From: the human T2T-CHM13v2.0 reference genome, Homo sapiens
Strand: one strand, 5' to 3'
Length of the DNA: 64,000 bases
Assembly: GCF_009914755.1 (NCBI RefSeq)
Contig: NC_060937.1
Made by a program: the position numbers and the translations under genes. The notes under the pieces were generated by a model. The model saw only the letters and a program-made list of their open reading frames with translations. It was not told the origin of the DNA and did not search any database. Shown here one piece after another: positions 26,461-43,570 of this stretch; the stretch's first letter is position 1, and each line of letters begins with the position of its first letter.

Positions 26461-27418
26461 TAACTGGATGGAGAGGGGAAGGAAAATGCATCTAATTTGT
26501 ATCTCTGAATATCAGCAAGAACAAAACACAAACCACTTCAAAACATTATTCTGCTTTACATGGAGGCAGAATAACTCATTTCTTCCTGCTATTTGCTTAA
26601 TTCATATTCACAAAACACCATAATGCTTTAATTGCCAAGGCATATCCTGCTGCTTCTTGCTTTTGTGCCTTTCTCGCCACTACTTTCCTTGCCTAAATAT
26701 TCTCCCATCTACCCTTCAAGCATGCATGCCACTTCTCAGGTAACCTTCACAAAAGCAGAAGAAATGAGCATGGGTATCTAATCACCACACCCTCCCTAAG
26801 AGAACCAAACATATAAAATAAAGAAAAACTTCTATTAAGCCTTCAGACTACATTCTTTTAGTTGTAACAAAATCTTATCTCAAGAAATTATGTCAAGAAA
26901 ATAAACGAACAAATGTGTAAGTAAAGTAAATAAATTAAAAATAAATGCTTATATTAAGCATTTTCATGGTGTTGGACCGTAATGACACCAGTAACTGAGA
27001 CAATGCTATTAATCTTACTTGTTCTACCTTCTACACAGGTGGCAAGTTCTCTGTCGTGCAGTATGACCTTTAGTTACCAACTGGTGTCCTCTACTTACTC
27101 TTACATTCTGTTTCCTCTTTACTTAGTCTGTAAGGCACCACATCAAAACTGATAGAGTTCTGATTCTTCTTTATGAATTTTCAACCAACTATTGCAAGGC
27201 TATCTGGATTATTTACTTAGATTTTCTTAGTTCATACTTGCAAAAGAGATAAATTGGCTCAACTCATTTTATTTTTCATGCCACCATATAGATTGGTATT
27301 CAGTCTATAAATTTATGAGTTAGTTTCAGACACCTCTAGTCCAAACAGTTATGGCAATGGGACCAAAGTCATACGATAAAAAATACAATAACATGTAGAT
27401 TGCTAAAAGAAAAAAAAA

Positions 27419-29005
<1,587 letters not shown>

Positions 29006-29534
29006 AGAAAAGCTTTTAAAGTATACATTTTGAAATCCAATCGAAAATTTTAGAAAACAAAACCACACTGTACTAAATAATTCCTAGGGCAAAGAAGAAA
29101 ACAAAACTAAAATTCCAAACTATTTAGAAAAATAAGGATAATGGGTAACCTCTGGTTCCCAACAGACAAAGAACTAGCTTGGACTGTTGAATTCTTCTGA
29201 AAATGTTTTAATTATGAAGCAAATAGTATTGAAAGGAGAAACCTTGAATCCAAAGTACTAATCTATGAGAATCTCTTACAGGAAAACAAAAGAGTAATCT
29301 TCTGGAAACTTCCACCTGTACAAAAAGAAAGAGCGCATCTCTGTTTTTTTTTTTCCTTAAACTCACCAAAAGACGTACAAGCTAGCACTTAGGTTCACCA
29401 CACCTCCTTACATATTACAGAAAGTATAGTTATAGCCTCAGGGGAAGCTGAGCTCATAGGCAAAAATAGCTAGACAATAAGGAATATGTGAACAATTGTG
29501 TTTTACAAAGATGCACACACCTATATATTTATGC

Positions 29535-29821
29535 ATTCCCATATGCTCATCTTACAATGTAATTGACATCCCTCCCACCAAGATATGTGGTCTATGTTCT
29601 TTCCTCTTGAATTTGGGCAGACTCCTGCCTACATCAAACAATGGAGTAGAACAAAAGTGAGGCTATGTGACTTGCAAGGCTAGGTCAAGACAAGAACACA
29701 GGTACAGGTCTATAGACTACAATCCCAACTACATAGGCGGAGGTTGGGGGCATAATGGGAGGATCAGTTGAGGACAGGAGTTCCAGACCAGCCTGGGCAA
29801 CATAGCATAGCAATAGCCTGT

Positions 29822-29857
<36 letters not shown>

Positions 29858-30293
29858 AAGGAATACAATTCTGCCGGGTTCGTTCCTTCTCTCTCTCTCT
29901 CTTTCTCTCTCTCTCGTTCTCTCTCTTTCCCTCAACAAATTGCACCATACGCCCATCCACGGAGTCTCACCGTGTTGTGAGGAATCTGAAGCCACATAGA
30001 GAGGTCACATGTGGATTCTTGTAAACAGCCCCAGCTAGGCCTCCAGGTAACACCTGTACCAACCACCAGAAATGCAAGTGAATGCAATTCACATGATTTT
30101 AGTCCCCAAGCTTCAAGCCTTCCAGCTGGGGTCTCCAACAAGGTGGAGTAGAAACAAGTTATCTCCCTGTACAGTGTCTGAATTCCTGACCCACAGAAAT
30201 CATGAAAAGGAAAAAAAAATTACTGTTTCTTAAACCCACTAAATTTTAAGATAATTTGTCATTAATTTGTTTGTAGCAATGTATAACTAATAC
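29535..30293 (+). mobile_element. MLT1G/H-like MaLR LTR interrupted by FLAM
   Basis: CTATGTGACTTGCAAGGCTAGGTCA..TGAATTCCTGACCCACAGAAATCATGA..GTAGCAAT..TAACTAATAC. Confidence 0.7.
29700..29855 (+). mobile_element. FLAM/FAM-like Alu monomer
   Basis: GGGAGGATCAGTTGAGG.CAGGAGTTCCAGACCAGCCTGGGCAACATAGC then long poly-A; no right arm. Confidence 0.8.
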
Positions 30294-30339
30294 CAAGTGC
30301 ATTTACTATAAAGAAGAGCTTTATTACATAATGTAAGAA

Positions 30340-30745
30340 TAAGAATAAGAATTAAATTCTCAAACTAATAGAACAGGTTAGTGGTCATATGAAACAGGAA
30401 CTCAAAGCCGAAAAGAAAAGCCAAGTAGAAATACTGAATATCGAATATTCATCTCTTATCCCGTCTTAGACTGAATACGATAGCTGAAAACATAATGCAA
30501 TAAATGAATAAATTCCAGAATCTATAAACAATATGTTGATGCCAACATATACATAATAGAAATCCCAGAAATAACAAAGAAATAGATGAGAGAAATACTT
30601 GAAGGTAATTATGACATATTTCCCTGAATGACAGAGTGATTAAAGACCTTAAATTCAAAAATCTATACAATTAAAAATGGAATAGTTAAGAAAAGAAAAT
30701 TCACTCTATATATGTAATAGCAAAATTTAAGAATATCAAAACTGT
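30340..30745 (+). mobile_element. Old L1M/HAL1 ORF1-like fragment
   Basis: A-rich; CCAACATATACATAATAGAAATCCCAGAA..AAATACTTGAAG..TTTCCCTGAA. Confidence 0.45.
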
Positions 30746-30829
30746 AAATAATGGATGATTTTTGCTTCTTGTGTTCTTCATTGGTTTACTGCATTAGGTT
30801 TGTGATTAGAAAAAATATTGGAAAGGTTA

Positions 30830-31255
30830 GGAGTCACCTTTCCCAGAATCCGTCCCTACTCAGCTCCTTCTGAGGACACATGAAATGTCCCTACTTGGGA
30901 TTCCCTAATATCCTTTCCACATCTCAGAAATTGTTTTTACCACGCTGTGTCTCTCCACACCTATTAGTGGTGGTGATTGGTGATTATTAACCAGAGTGAC
31001 ACATCAAAACCTCAGGGAAGCTGTTTCTATTATGAGTGATGTGTTTCTTACTCTACTTTCCCAGTTCGCACTGCAGGGCTACTGAATCTGAATCCTAGAA
31101 GTGTATACGATTTTTTAAAAATACACCATGATTTACCTTGGTTAAAACCACCAAAATAGAGGGACGGTACTATGTATTCCTTTGTCTCCCTAGGACTTAC
31201 GCAGTGCCTGCCATAAAGAACGTGATCAGAAAAATGTTTGTTGAATGAAAGCATG
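30830..31255 (+). mobile_element. L2 3' end, probably with a MER5-like insert
   Basis: CAGTGCCTGCCATAAAG..AAATGTTTGTTGAATGAA tail; ACTGAATCTGAATC..CCATGATT MER5-like centre. Confidence 0.5.
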
Positions 31256-31413
31256 ATATATATATGTACATTATTTCTAACATGTACAAGCTAATGACAT
31301 TTGTGTCTCCAAAAATCACAGCAATTTGTTTTGCAGTCTGATAATTCAACATCATTTATTAATCCTAACATAGTCATCTGTGTGTTCTAACACTGTTATA
31401 CATTATTCAGTTA

Positions 31414-31621
<208 letters not shown>

Positions 31622-32029
31622 TCATTATTGACATACTGTCTAGGAATTTGGTCTAAATTTTTACTCTCTAATGCTAGGTATTGGGAAACTTAAACTGCAA
31701 TGTCTCCTGTACATCTGCATTCAGAGTTAGCTAAAATGACAATTTTTTAAGTCTATGAACTCGATTTCTCACTTTTTCCCGTAATATGATAGAAGTTTCT
31801 TGTTAAAAAGGTCACTAAAGTTGGGATCTCATAAAGTGAAAACAGATTAAAATTGTTTAATGTATCAGGAAACTAATAACTTGTTGTTTCATAAAATTTC
31901 AAATGACAGTAGTGAATAATGTCATCATATGTGGAAGATTCTCTAAAACAACTGCTACCTTTTGACTATCTTTTTTGGGAAGAATCTACTTATGAGTCTC
32001 CACCCACAGTGATGCTTTTACTTTTAAAA

Positions 32030-32250
32030 TGGTTAGAGTTTACAGAGTACTTTCCCATATATTATCTCATTGGGACATTACAGCAACCTCATGAGGTTTA
32101 TACAGCAAGTATTACCATTTTTTCTACTTTACAGATAAAGAGCTTCAAATTCTAACCTGGTAAGTGTTTGTCTCAGAGACTCCCTGATGAGCTGGGATAG
32201 AGAGCAGGTCATCTGACTCCCCAGATGGTGCTTTCTCCATCACTCCATAG
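32030..32250 (-). mobile_element. MIR SINE
   Basis: ACAGCAACCTCATGAGG..TTTTACAGATAAAGA..GAGCTGGGATAG..TCTGACTCC. Confidence 0.6.
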
Positions 32251-32430
32251 TGTTTCCAGAGGATTCTGCTCAAAGTAGCAATGGAACATAGGCAGTTACA
32301 TATCTCATTGTCCTATACTCTCAAGTTCACTACACACTCCTTTCAATTGAAATTTTTGGGAAGTCACTGATCATGTGAAATGGTGAAAGACAATAGACAA
32401 ATAATACAATATAATATTGAGAAAAGAGAT

Positions 32431-32775
<345 letters not shown>

Positions 32776-32812
32776 CTATGTATTATATTCAAATGAAGAA
32801 ATTTCTTCTTTT

Positions 32813-33156
32813 CACATGAACTGAATATGTCCCTTCAAAATATATATATTGAAATCCAAATCTTCAATGTAATGGTAATTTGGAGGTGGGGCCCTTAGTG
32901 GGTACACAGATCATGAGGGTAAAGCTCTCATGAATGGGACTAATGCCCCTAGAAAAAGATACTCGAGAGCTTGCTCCAGCTCTCTGCTCTCTATTCTGTA
33001 AGGATACAAGGAATCAGCCATCTGCACACCAGGACACCAGATCTTCTGGCACCTTGATCTTAGACTTCCCAGCCTCCAGAACCATGAAAAATAAATTTCT
33101 GTTGCTGAAGCCACCCACTCCATGGTATTGGGTTATAGCAGCCTGAATTAAGACAT
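32813..33156 (+). mobile_element. MLT1A0-like solo LTR
   Basis: GGAGGTGGGGCC..CATGAGGGT..CTCATGAATGGGA..CTTCCCAGCCTCCAGAAC..AATAAATTTCTGTTG..TAAGACA. Confidence 0.85.
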
Positions 33157-34704
33157 TATAATTTTAAAAATACTTAAAACTTAAAAACCCAATTAACATC
33201 TTTAGAAAGCACAGCCAGCTCTAGACCATTAGTATTGGCATTTCTGTTGAACATTTATATGAAACACTTAGCATGTGCCAGGAACTTTGATGTTTTCTAT
33301 AAATCCCACTTAATCTTCATATCAGTCTTATGATTATATGCCATTTACATTATTCCAGCTTTTGCAAGAGGTAAATGCAGTGCACATGTCTAACCGTCAT
33401 GCTCTGTGCCAGCAATAATCATGCAAATATGTTAATCATGACCCCATGCCAAAACCAGTTTTTCATAAAAAGTGAACTGTCCATGATTCAGGTAGAGAGA
33501 AGAAGAGGGAGGTGGAGTGCACAGCTAATGGATACTTAGCTTCCAAGCCCAGAGGGTGAATGTGGAAATTCATAGAGGAGTTCATCATAGGACTTTGTGT
33601 TGTACAAGTGGAAGAAAAATATTTTCCACTTACCTAACTCACAGGATGTAACAGAGATTAATGAGTGTCAATGAAACATTGAACCACTTAGATGAGAGCA
33701 ATAGATCTCTTCAAAAAAGAAAAACTGTAAGTTAAAGATTCATCTATATTCCAAATTCTTTCATAAAATCTATGTAACTAACTAGATATGCAAGAGGGAC
33801 AGATTAATGATCCTTTAAGAGCTTTTCTATTTCTTGCTTTGAGTTTCTAAATTATATGAATTCAGGCTTAATTTCCATTTTTAAGATAAATTCCAATAGA
33901 GGAGGAATGAACAGCTGATTCATTCTGGTTCAGTGGATTACTTTTCCATTAGATTTTATATTTTTCTGGCAGCCATTAAGAGTGTTCCAGGATTGTGATG
34001 TCAGATAACATATGCCACGCAGATTCAACACCACATCAGTGGGCCAGCAATTCTTACTGTTCCCTCCTCTCATACAGCTGAGCCCAAAATGTAGCTTCCA
34101 TCAACCTCAAAACCTCCCACTGATTCATTCTTGGATTTTCTCTATGAAACTACAGAGCAGAACAAGAAATGCCTCGGGCTCAGAAATCTGCACACCCATT
34201 TCAAACCAGCTCATACACCTGGGTCTCCATAGATTCTAGGCCTATGCACAGAAGAGAAAAGCCCCTGTGAGAATCAGCAGAACTCCCATATTAAACTACT
34301 TTCCCCTCCTTTTATATCCAAGATGAATCCAACAACAATATCAAGGGTTTCTACCTTAGCCTGCTGCTTTGACTTCACTTAGAGCTCTTTGGCAAATATA
34401 CTGGGAAGATCCAGATTGAAAATGCCTCTCCCCACCCTAACCTCCGGAGCAGTGAGTCTCAATGGAATTTACATGCAATTTCAATATTGGAAACAGAATT
34501 GAAGAAGTAGGACAAATTCATTCAATATTCATTTCTTGAGTACATACCATGGGCCAGGCACTTGGCTCATGTTAAGTATTTTGTAGATTTCCATCAATAA
34601 CTTGAAGGTTAAATTGCTTCAACCACAGGAGAGACATTAAATCATGCACGTGTAGTTGAGGTGCAACAAGAATGATTCAGCATACTTAAAACATTGCCAT
34701 TCTA

Positions 34705-34818
34705 GGCCACGTGCAGTGACTTACGCCTGTAATACCAGCACTTTGGGAGGCCGAATCAAGAGGATTGCTTAAGCTCAGGAGTCCAAGACTGGCCTGGGAA
34801 ACATGATGAAACCCCATA

Positions 34819-34853
<35 letters not shown>

Positions 34854-35030
34854 AAAAAAAATTAGCCAGGCATGGTGGTGCCAGCCTGTAGTACCAGCTA
34901 GTAGGAAGGCTGAGGCGGGAGGACAACTTGAGCCCAGGAGTTCAAGGCTGCAGTGCATCATGATCAAACCACCACACTCCAACCTTAGTGACAGAGACTA
35001 CGTCTCAAGAAAACAAACTAAAAAAAAAAA
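34705..35030 (+). mobile_element. AluJ SINE with (TA)n expansion in the linker
   Basis: GAGGATTGCTT.AGCTCAGGAG, TTGAGCCCAGGAGTTCAAGGCTGCAGTG; (TA)n about 34823-34849; TSD-like ATTGCC(A/G)TT. Confidence 0.92.
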
Positions 35031-36227
35031 TTGCCGTTTTGAAAATGACCATCTAATTGTAAATGGTATGGCTGTTATATCATGAAATAGAGGGAAGAAA
35101 GCAAGAAGAGGCATGCTCTTTGCTGCCACTGTTGATTCATTCAAATTCTCTCTCATCAAAGGGTAATCATTCACAATTTGATATTTCAAACAAGTTAAAA
35201 CTTTATAAAGTAATAGATAATCTCTAAATGCTGAGACTTTAAATTCCTCCTTCCAAGACTTACACAAGCTTACCTTTTTCCTAGCGTGCGGCCAGATGGT
35301 CAATTAACAGAAGCCATGACTCCTAACCATGGAAGAGTTAAGATAATATATTTTTGTTTGTTAAAACCAGGCTGACTTAAAAGAAGATAGGACTTCCACA
35401 GTTAAACCAAAAAAAGATAAACTTGAAAATATAGTTATGAATAAATATAGAGATTAAGAAGTGAGCAAGTCTAAGATCTTCATCTATCATACATCTTCCT
35501 CCAGCATGAGTGATTTCATTTGCTTCTTAAATAGATAAATACAAAAACGGCATTTTCCCTTGGCAAGAAAGTAACTGTTTTGTATTATTTACCTACAATG
35601 CATCTGTGTTTCTAAAAAGAACAGTAAATACATTTCTGGAGCAAGACATGTTTCTGTGATAATGTGAGTAATGCTTCTTAAACACTTTGGAGATTATTAG
35701 AATGCTTTCCAGAAGCTGATATTGAACTCAGTCAGTTTAGCAAGAACACAAGATAAAGATAAAGAGATGCTCTCGGCATTTTTCACTAAACTATTTGTAG
35801 AGTGCTGCAATTGGATGTCTTTCAGAACAGTAACCACCAGAAGGAGAAGGGCCAGGACTCGTTCCAATCCACACTGAAAGATATTCAGGCCAGACTGCTT
35901 TCTTCAGGAGGGCCCTTTAAATAAACAACCCAGTTTGAGTGACATCTGCCACCCCAAATACTGGGTTAATTTTCAGACTGCCCTGAGAAATTCACAATAT
36001 GGCTGTTGCAGCATCTTCTAATTGGTGTTTAAACCTTAACTGGGCAAGCACTTCACAACAATGACAGAAATAAAATAGCTAATGATTAGGTCTTGTACAT
36101 AACTTCTTCTAAGCCAAGCCAGATCTGAGAGAATCATGGCTTAAAGCAACAGTCTTCTCAGACCTCTCAGATCACATAGAACTAAGTGGGGTGGTGGTAG
36201 CATATACGTATTCATCTTTCTAAATCA

Positions 36228-36553
36228 TGATTCATTCATTCATTCAACAAATATTTGTTAAGCTGCTATGGCATGCCTTCATGGAACTGATATTCTTATG
36301 TAGGGAGGTGAGAGAAGCAGTCCCATAAGTGACAAATTAATTCATACTCAAATATGGTAATTTGGTTGATTTAATATAAGTGCTATAAATGTTATGAAGA
36401 GAATAAGAGAGTGGTGCTAATTTGAATGTGGTGGTCAGAGATCTTGCTAAACAAGCACCACTTAAGAGGTGCTTAAGCAGAAAGAATAACACATAGCAAA
36501 GAACAGGGGAGAAGAGAGAATGAGCTTGACATTTGCAAAAAGTAGAAAGCAGG
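36228..36553 (-). mobile_element. L2 3' end
   Basis: (TTCA)n CAACAAATATTTGTT tail; further L2 pieces follow the LTR insertions. Confidence 0.7.
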
Positions 36554-36936
36554 TGTTATGTTAGCTTAGAATGCTGTAACAAAATACCAGAAAACGGTAC
36601 GGTTTAAATAACAGGAATTTATTTCTCACCATTCTGGAGGCTGGAAACCCCAAGATCAAGGTACCAGCCAGCCTTTTGGTTCCCCCTTGAGGGCTCTCTT
36701 CTTGGCTTGCTCATGGTTGCCTTCTTGCTGTGTACTCACTTGACAGAGAGAAAGAGAGGAAGTAAGCTTTCTGGTTTCTCTTCTTATAAGGGCACTAATC
36801 CCATCATGAGCACTCCACCCTGGTAACTTCATCCAAATCTAATCCTTCCCAATGGCCGCATCTCCAAGTACCATCACATTAAAGGTTAGGGCTTCTACAT
36901 TTAAATTTCGAGGGTGACACAATTGAGTTCATAGCA
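36554..36936 (-). mobile_element. MLT1A0-like solo LTR
   Basis: GCTGTAACAAAATACCA..ATTTATTTCTCAC..TTCTGGAGGCTGG..CTTATAAGGGCACTAATCCCATCATGAG..CATAGCA. Confidence 0.85.
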
Positions 36937-37038
36937 GTGAGTATGTCTAGAACCTGGGAATCCAGGGAGATAGTGGCAGGAGATGAAGCTAAGAAGTAGG
37001 GGGAAAACTGTATGTTCTATGGAAAGAGTTTTGCTGAG

Positions 37039-37336
37039 TTTTTGTTTTTTGTTTTTGTTTGTTTTGTTTTGAGACAGAGTCTTACTTTGTCACCCAGGCT
37101 GCAATTCAGTGTGCTACAACCTCCACCTCCCAGATTCAAGTGATTCTCATGCCTCAGCTTCCCAAGTAGCTGGGACTACAGGCATGTCCCATCACCCCAG
37201 CTAATTTTTGTATTTTTAGTAGAGACAGGTATTTGCCATGTTGGCCAGGCTGGTCTCAACCTCCTGGCCATAAGTGATCCACTAGCCTCAGCCTCCCAAA
37301 GTGTTGGGACTCCAGGTGTGAGCCACTGCACCCAGC
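37039..37336 (-). mobile_element. AluS SINE, diverged
   Basis: (GTTTT)n tail, CTAATTTTTGTATTTTTAGTAGAGAC, ends GTGAGCCACTGCACCCAGC. Confidence 0.92.
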
Positions 37337-37371
37337 AAAGTTTTGACTTTTTTCCAAGTGCCATAGAATGC

Positions 37372-37797
37372 TGTAATATTTTGAATTTTCCAGGAAGCAG
37401 ATTCCAAGATAAAGTTCAGTATATAAGAGGATTATTAGGGGATGTCCTTGGGATTAATACCTGTGGGAAGCAGCGAGGGAGGCAAAATTGGGCTAAGTGA
37501 GAAGTTGGACTGCAAGATCCAACATCTTCAGCCAACCCCACAGGGAGCTAACACAGCCAGTAAGAGTGGCCACATGCTGAGCAGATATAGCTAGGCCTTT
37601 ATACTCCTACCTCCATCAGTCAGTGGATGTGGGCCACTCTGAAAGGGGAATTATCTTGGCACATGGGGTCTCTTTGCAACTATGAAGTCCCCAGATGGAC
37701 GGACAGTTGCAGACTGTCCTCTGAGCACTTCTAGGAGCTGGGCAGCAAAGCCTTCCTTTATAGAAGATCAGACTGGGAAATCACAGTGCTCAGCACA
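37372..37797 (-). mobile_element. LTR16-like ERVL LTR
   Basis: GGAAGCAGA..CTTGGGATTAATACCTGTGG..GAGAAGTTGGACTGC..TCAGCCAACCCCACAGGGAGCT. Confidence 0.65.
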
Positions 37798-37813
37798 CAA
37801 TCAACTGGGAAGG

Positions 37814-40087
37814 TGATTTGGTTTGGCTGTGTCCCCACAGAAATCTCATCTTGAATTTCCATCTGTTGTTGGAGGGACCCAGTGAGAGATAATTGAATCA
37901 TGGGGGCAGGTCTTTCCCATTCTGTTCTCATGATAGTAAATAAATTTCACGAGATCTGATGGTTTTTAAAATGGGAGTTTCTCTTCACAAATTCTCTCTC
38001 TCTTTGCCTGCTGCCATCCACGTAAGATGTGACTTGCTCCTCCTAGCCTTCTACCATGATTGTGAGGCCTCCCCAGCCACACGGAACTATAAGTCCATTA
38101 AACCTCTTTCTTTTGTAAATTGCCCAGTCTTAGGTATGTCTTTATCAGCAGCCTGAAAACAGACTAATAGAGTAAATTGGTACCAGCAGAGTGGGGCACT
38201 GCTGAGAATATATCCAAAAATGTGGAAACAACTTTGGAACTGGGTAACAGGCAGAGGTTGGAACAGTTTGGAGGGCTCAGAAGAAGAAAGAAAAATGTGG
38301 GAAAGTTTGGAACTCCCTAGAGACTTGTTGAATGGCTTCAACCAAAATGCTGGTAATGATATGGACAATTAAATCCAGGCTGAGGTGGTCTCAGATGGAG
38401 ATGAAGAACTTGTTGGGAAATGGAGCAAAGTAACTCTTGTTATGTTTTAGCAAAGAGACTGGTGGCATTTTGCCCCTACCCTAGAGATTTGTGGAAATTT
38501 GACCTTGAGAGAGATGATTTAGGGTATCTTGCAGAAGAAATTTCTAAGCAGTAAAGCAGTCAAGAGGTGAATTGGTTGCTGTTAAAGGCATTCAGTTTTA
38601 AAAGGGAAAGTTTTAAAAGGGAGCACAAGGTTTGCAAAATTTGCAGCCTGACAATGCAATAGAAAATAAAATCCCATTTTCTGAGGAGAAATTCAAACTG
38701 GCTGCAGAAATTTGCATAAGTAATGAGAAGCTGAATGTTAATCACCAAGATAAGGAACAAAATGTCTTCAGGGCATGTCAGAGGTCTTCACAGCAGCCCC
38801 TCCCATTACAGTCCTGGAGGTCTAGGAGGAAAAGATGGTTTTGTGGACCAGGCCCAGGGTCCCTCTGCTGTATGCAGCCTAGGGACTTGGTACTCTTTGT
38901 CCCAGCCACTCCAGCCATGACTAAAATGGGCCAAGGTACAGCTCAGGGTGTGGCTTCAGAGGTACAAGCTCCAAACTTTGGCAGCTCCCACGTGGTGTTG
39001 AGAATTGAGGTTTGGGAACCTCTGCCTAGGTTTCAGAGGATGTATGGAAATACCCAGATGTCCAGGCAGAAGTTTGGTGTAGGGGTGGGGCACTCATGGA
39101 GAACCTCTGCTAGGGCAGTGCAGAAGAGAAATGTGAGGTTGGAGCCCCCACACAGAGTCCCCACTGGGGTGCTGCCTAGTGGAGCTGCGAGAAGAGGGCC
39201 ACCATCCCCCAGACCCCAGAATTGTAGACCCATGAACAGCTTGCACTGTGCACCTGGAAAAGCTGAAAACACTCAATGCCAGCCTGTGAAAGCAGCTAGG
39301 AGTGAGGCTGTACCCTGCAAAGCCACAGGGGTGGAGCTGCCCAAGACCATAGGAATCCACTTTTTGCATCAGTGTGACCTGGATGTGACATGGAGTCAAA
39401 AGAGATTACTTTGGAGCTTTAAGATTTGATTGCCCCACTGGATTTTGGACTCATATGGAGCCTGTAGCCCCTTTGTTTTGGCCAATGTCTCCCCTTTGGA
39501 ATGGCTGCATTTACCCAATGCCTGTACCCTCATTGTATCTAGGAAGTAACTAACTTGCTTTTGATTTTACAGGCTCAAAGGTGGAAGGGATTTGCCTTGT
39601 CTCAGATGAGACTTCAGACTGTAGACTTAGGGTGAATTAATGCCCATATGATTTAAGACTTTGGGGGACTGTGGGAAGGTATGATTGGTTTTAAAATATG
39701 AGGACATGAGATTTGGGAGAGGACAGGAGCAGAATGATATGGTTTGGCTGTGTCCCCACTGAAATCTCATCTTGAATTCCCAGGTATTGTGGGAGGGACA
39801 AGTTGGGGGTAATTGAATCGTGGCGGCAGGTCTTTCCCATGCTGTTCTCATGATAGTAAATAAGTCTCAAGAGATCTAATGGTTTTATAAGGAGGGTTTT
39901 CCCTGCACAAGCTCTCTCTTTGCCTGCTGTCACCCATGTAAGATGTTACTTGCTCCTCCTTGCCTTCCACCATGATTGTGAGGCTTCCCCAGTCACGTGG
40001 AACTGTAAGTCCATTAAACCTCTTTCTTTTGTAAATTGCCCAGTCTTTGGTATCTTTTTATCAGCAGCAAGAAAACAGATTAATACA
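37814..40087 (+). mobile_element. Complete THE1A MaLR provirus (5'LTR 37814-38171, internal 38172-39734, 3'LTR 39735-40087)
   Basis: Two direct LTRs TGAT(A/T)TGGTTTGGCTGTGTCCCCAC..TAATA(C/G)A; internal region starts GTAAATTGGTACCAG; near-TSD GAAGG/GGAGG; ORF 38632-39429 is MaLR-internal. Confidence 0.95.
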
Positions 40088-40122
40088 GGAGGTTTAAGCA
40101 CAGGAGTCATCCAAATAATTTA

Positions 40123-40640
40123 CTTTGTTTCATCAATTCTACAATGAACACTTCTTTCTAAATTTTAATATTTCTAAAATTGGAATGTATCTTACAATTA
40201 TTGGTATCATGTGAGGGTCAAGCAGTCATCATTGCCTCTGTATGTGCAAATATTAACAGTGCATGGATTAAAACTTATAGAATAGGTTTCAGCAGTATAG
40301 AAGCAAAACCTGGACACAATAAGAGCACCACTCATTTTATACCCAAGAACCAAATGGATGTGGGAAGGAGTTAGAAGGTGGTGCATCAGACAAGTTTAGC
40401 AGCATTCCAAAATTCCTAAATGAAGAGTCCAAAGTAGATTAACTACATATAGTAATTCCAAAGCCAGGTTAAATGCCAGCACCATTTGGTTTTACTTCTA
40501 TGACTTTCTTTAAGATACATTGCATCACCATATTATTGATAACTGGAAGGACCATACTGTGTATATCAGAGACTGAATTGAAAACTGATCAGGAGACTTG
40601 GCCTTGAATATGAAGAAGGCTTAGAAATACTTTATTTTGC
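40123..40640 (+). mobile_element. Kanga1/MER104-like TcMar-Tc2 DNA transposon, left part
   Basis: TTTCATCAATTCT..ATTTTAATATTTCTAAAATTGGAATGTATCTTACAAT terminus; TGCATCACCA..TATGAAGAAG..TAGAAATAC internal. Confidence 0.6.
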
Positions 40641-41910
40641 CTTTTTTAAAACAATAGATAATTGATATTACACAAATTATAAAGTAATTTGCACAATCGA
40701 AGTCTATTTTCAAATACCACTATATTGCTTCATGGGTAGTAAGAGTATCTTATAATAAAGTATTCCCAATTCTCCCTCACATCCCTTAGAACATTGGTGT
40801 CATTCATTTCACTTATCCATAAGCTATAGTCACCCTATATATTGTTGTTATTGTTTTAAACAAATGTTATCAGTTAGATCAATTTAAAAAAATACAAGAT
40901 TCAATTTCACTTTAATTTATTCTTTTTCTGACACTCTTTCTTTATGCAGATAAAATATTCTGACCTATGTTATTTTCCTTTCCCTAAAATACTAATATAT
41001 CTTGTAAGGCACGTCTATTAGTAAAAATTTCCCCAATTTTGGTTTGAGAAAATCTTTATTTTACCTTTACCTTTGCTGAAGTCAGAATTCTAGGTTGTCT
41101 TTTTTCCTTTCAACACTTTAAATATTTCACTCTACTCTTTTCTTGCTTAAATGGTTTCTGAAGGGAAGTCTGATAAAATTTTTATCCTTGTTCCTTTCTA
41201 GGTAAGATGTTTTCTCTTCTTTTATCAGATTTTCTTCAGTTTGAATATGATATGCCTAATATCCTAGATTTTCCTCAGTTTGAATATTATATACCTAAAT
41301 ATAGTTTATTTGTATTTATGCTGCTTGATGTTCATGATTTGAGCTTCATGAGCTTGAATTTCATGGATCTTTGGTTTACTGTCTGTCATTAAGTTTGGAA
41401 AATTCTCAGTCATTACTATTTCAAATATTTCTTCTTCTTTCCCTTTCTTCCTTCTCCTCTGGTAATGCCATTACTTATATGTTACACCTCTTGTAGTTGT
41501 CTCACACTTCTTGAATATTCTCTTCCATCATTTTCCTTATTTTTTTCTCATTGCATTTCAGTTCTGAAAATTTCTAAGAGCATATTTTCAAGCTCACTGA
41601 TTCTTTTTCCATAGAAATATCCAGTCTACTCATGAGCCCATTAAAGGCACTCTTCATTTCTGTTACAGTGTTGTTTATTGCTAGCATTTTCTTTTGATTA
41701 TTTCTTAGAGTTTCCATTTCTCAGCTTATGTTACCCATCTGTTCCCACATGTTGTCCATATTTTCCATTTTGATCTCCCAGTATAATTCCAAAATCTCCA
41801 CCATATCTAAATTGGGTTCTGCTGTTTGGTTTGTCTGTTTGGACTGTGTTTTCTTTGTTGTTTTTTGTTTTGCTTTGTTTTTGCCTTTCAGTATATCTTG
41901 TAATTTTTTT

Positions 41911-43570
<1,660 letters not shown>

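Noticed and set aside
36453-36474. Near-perfect 22-bp palindrome AAGCACCACTTAAGAGGTGCTT
   Set aside because: Short, inside a decayed L2, and with no supporting context
38068-38080. PRDM9 hotspot motif
   Set aside because: Position 7 is C rather than the T of CCNCCNTNNCCNC; the 3' LTR copy is further degraded
38632-39429. 265-aa ORF as a host gene
   Set aside because: Lies wholly in the THE1A internal region, has a non-ATG start and no exon context
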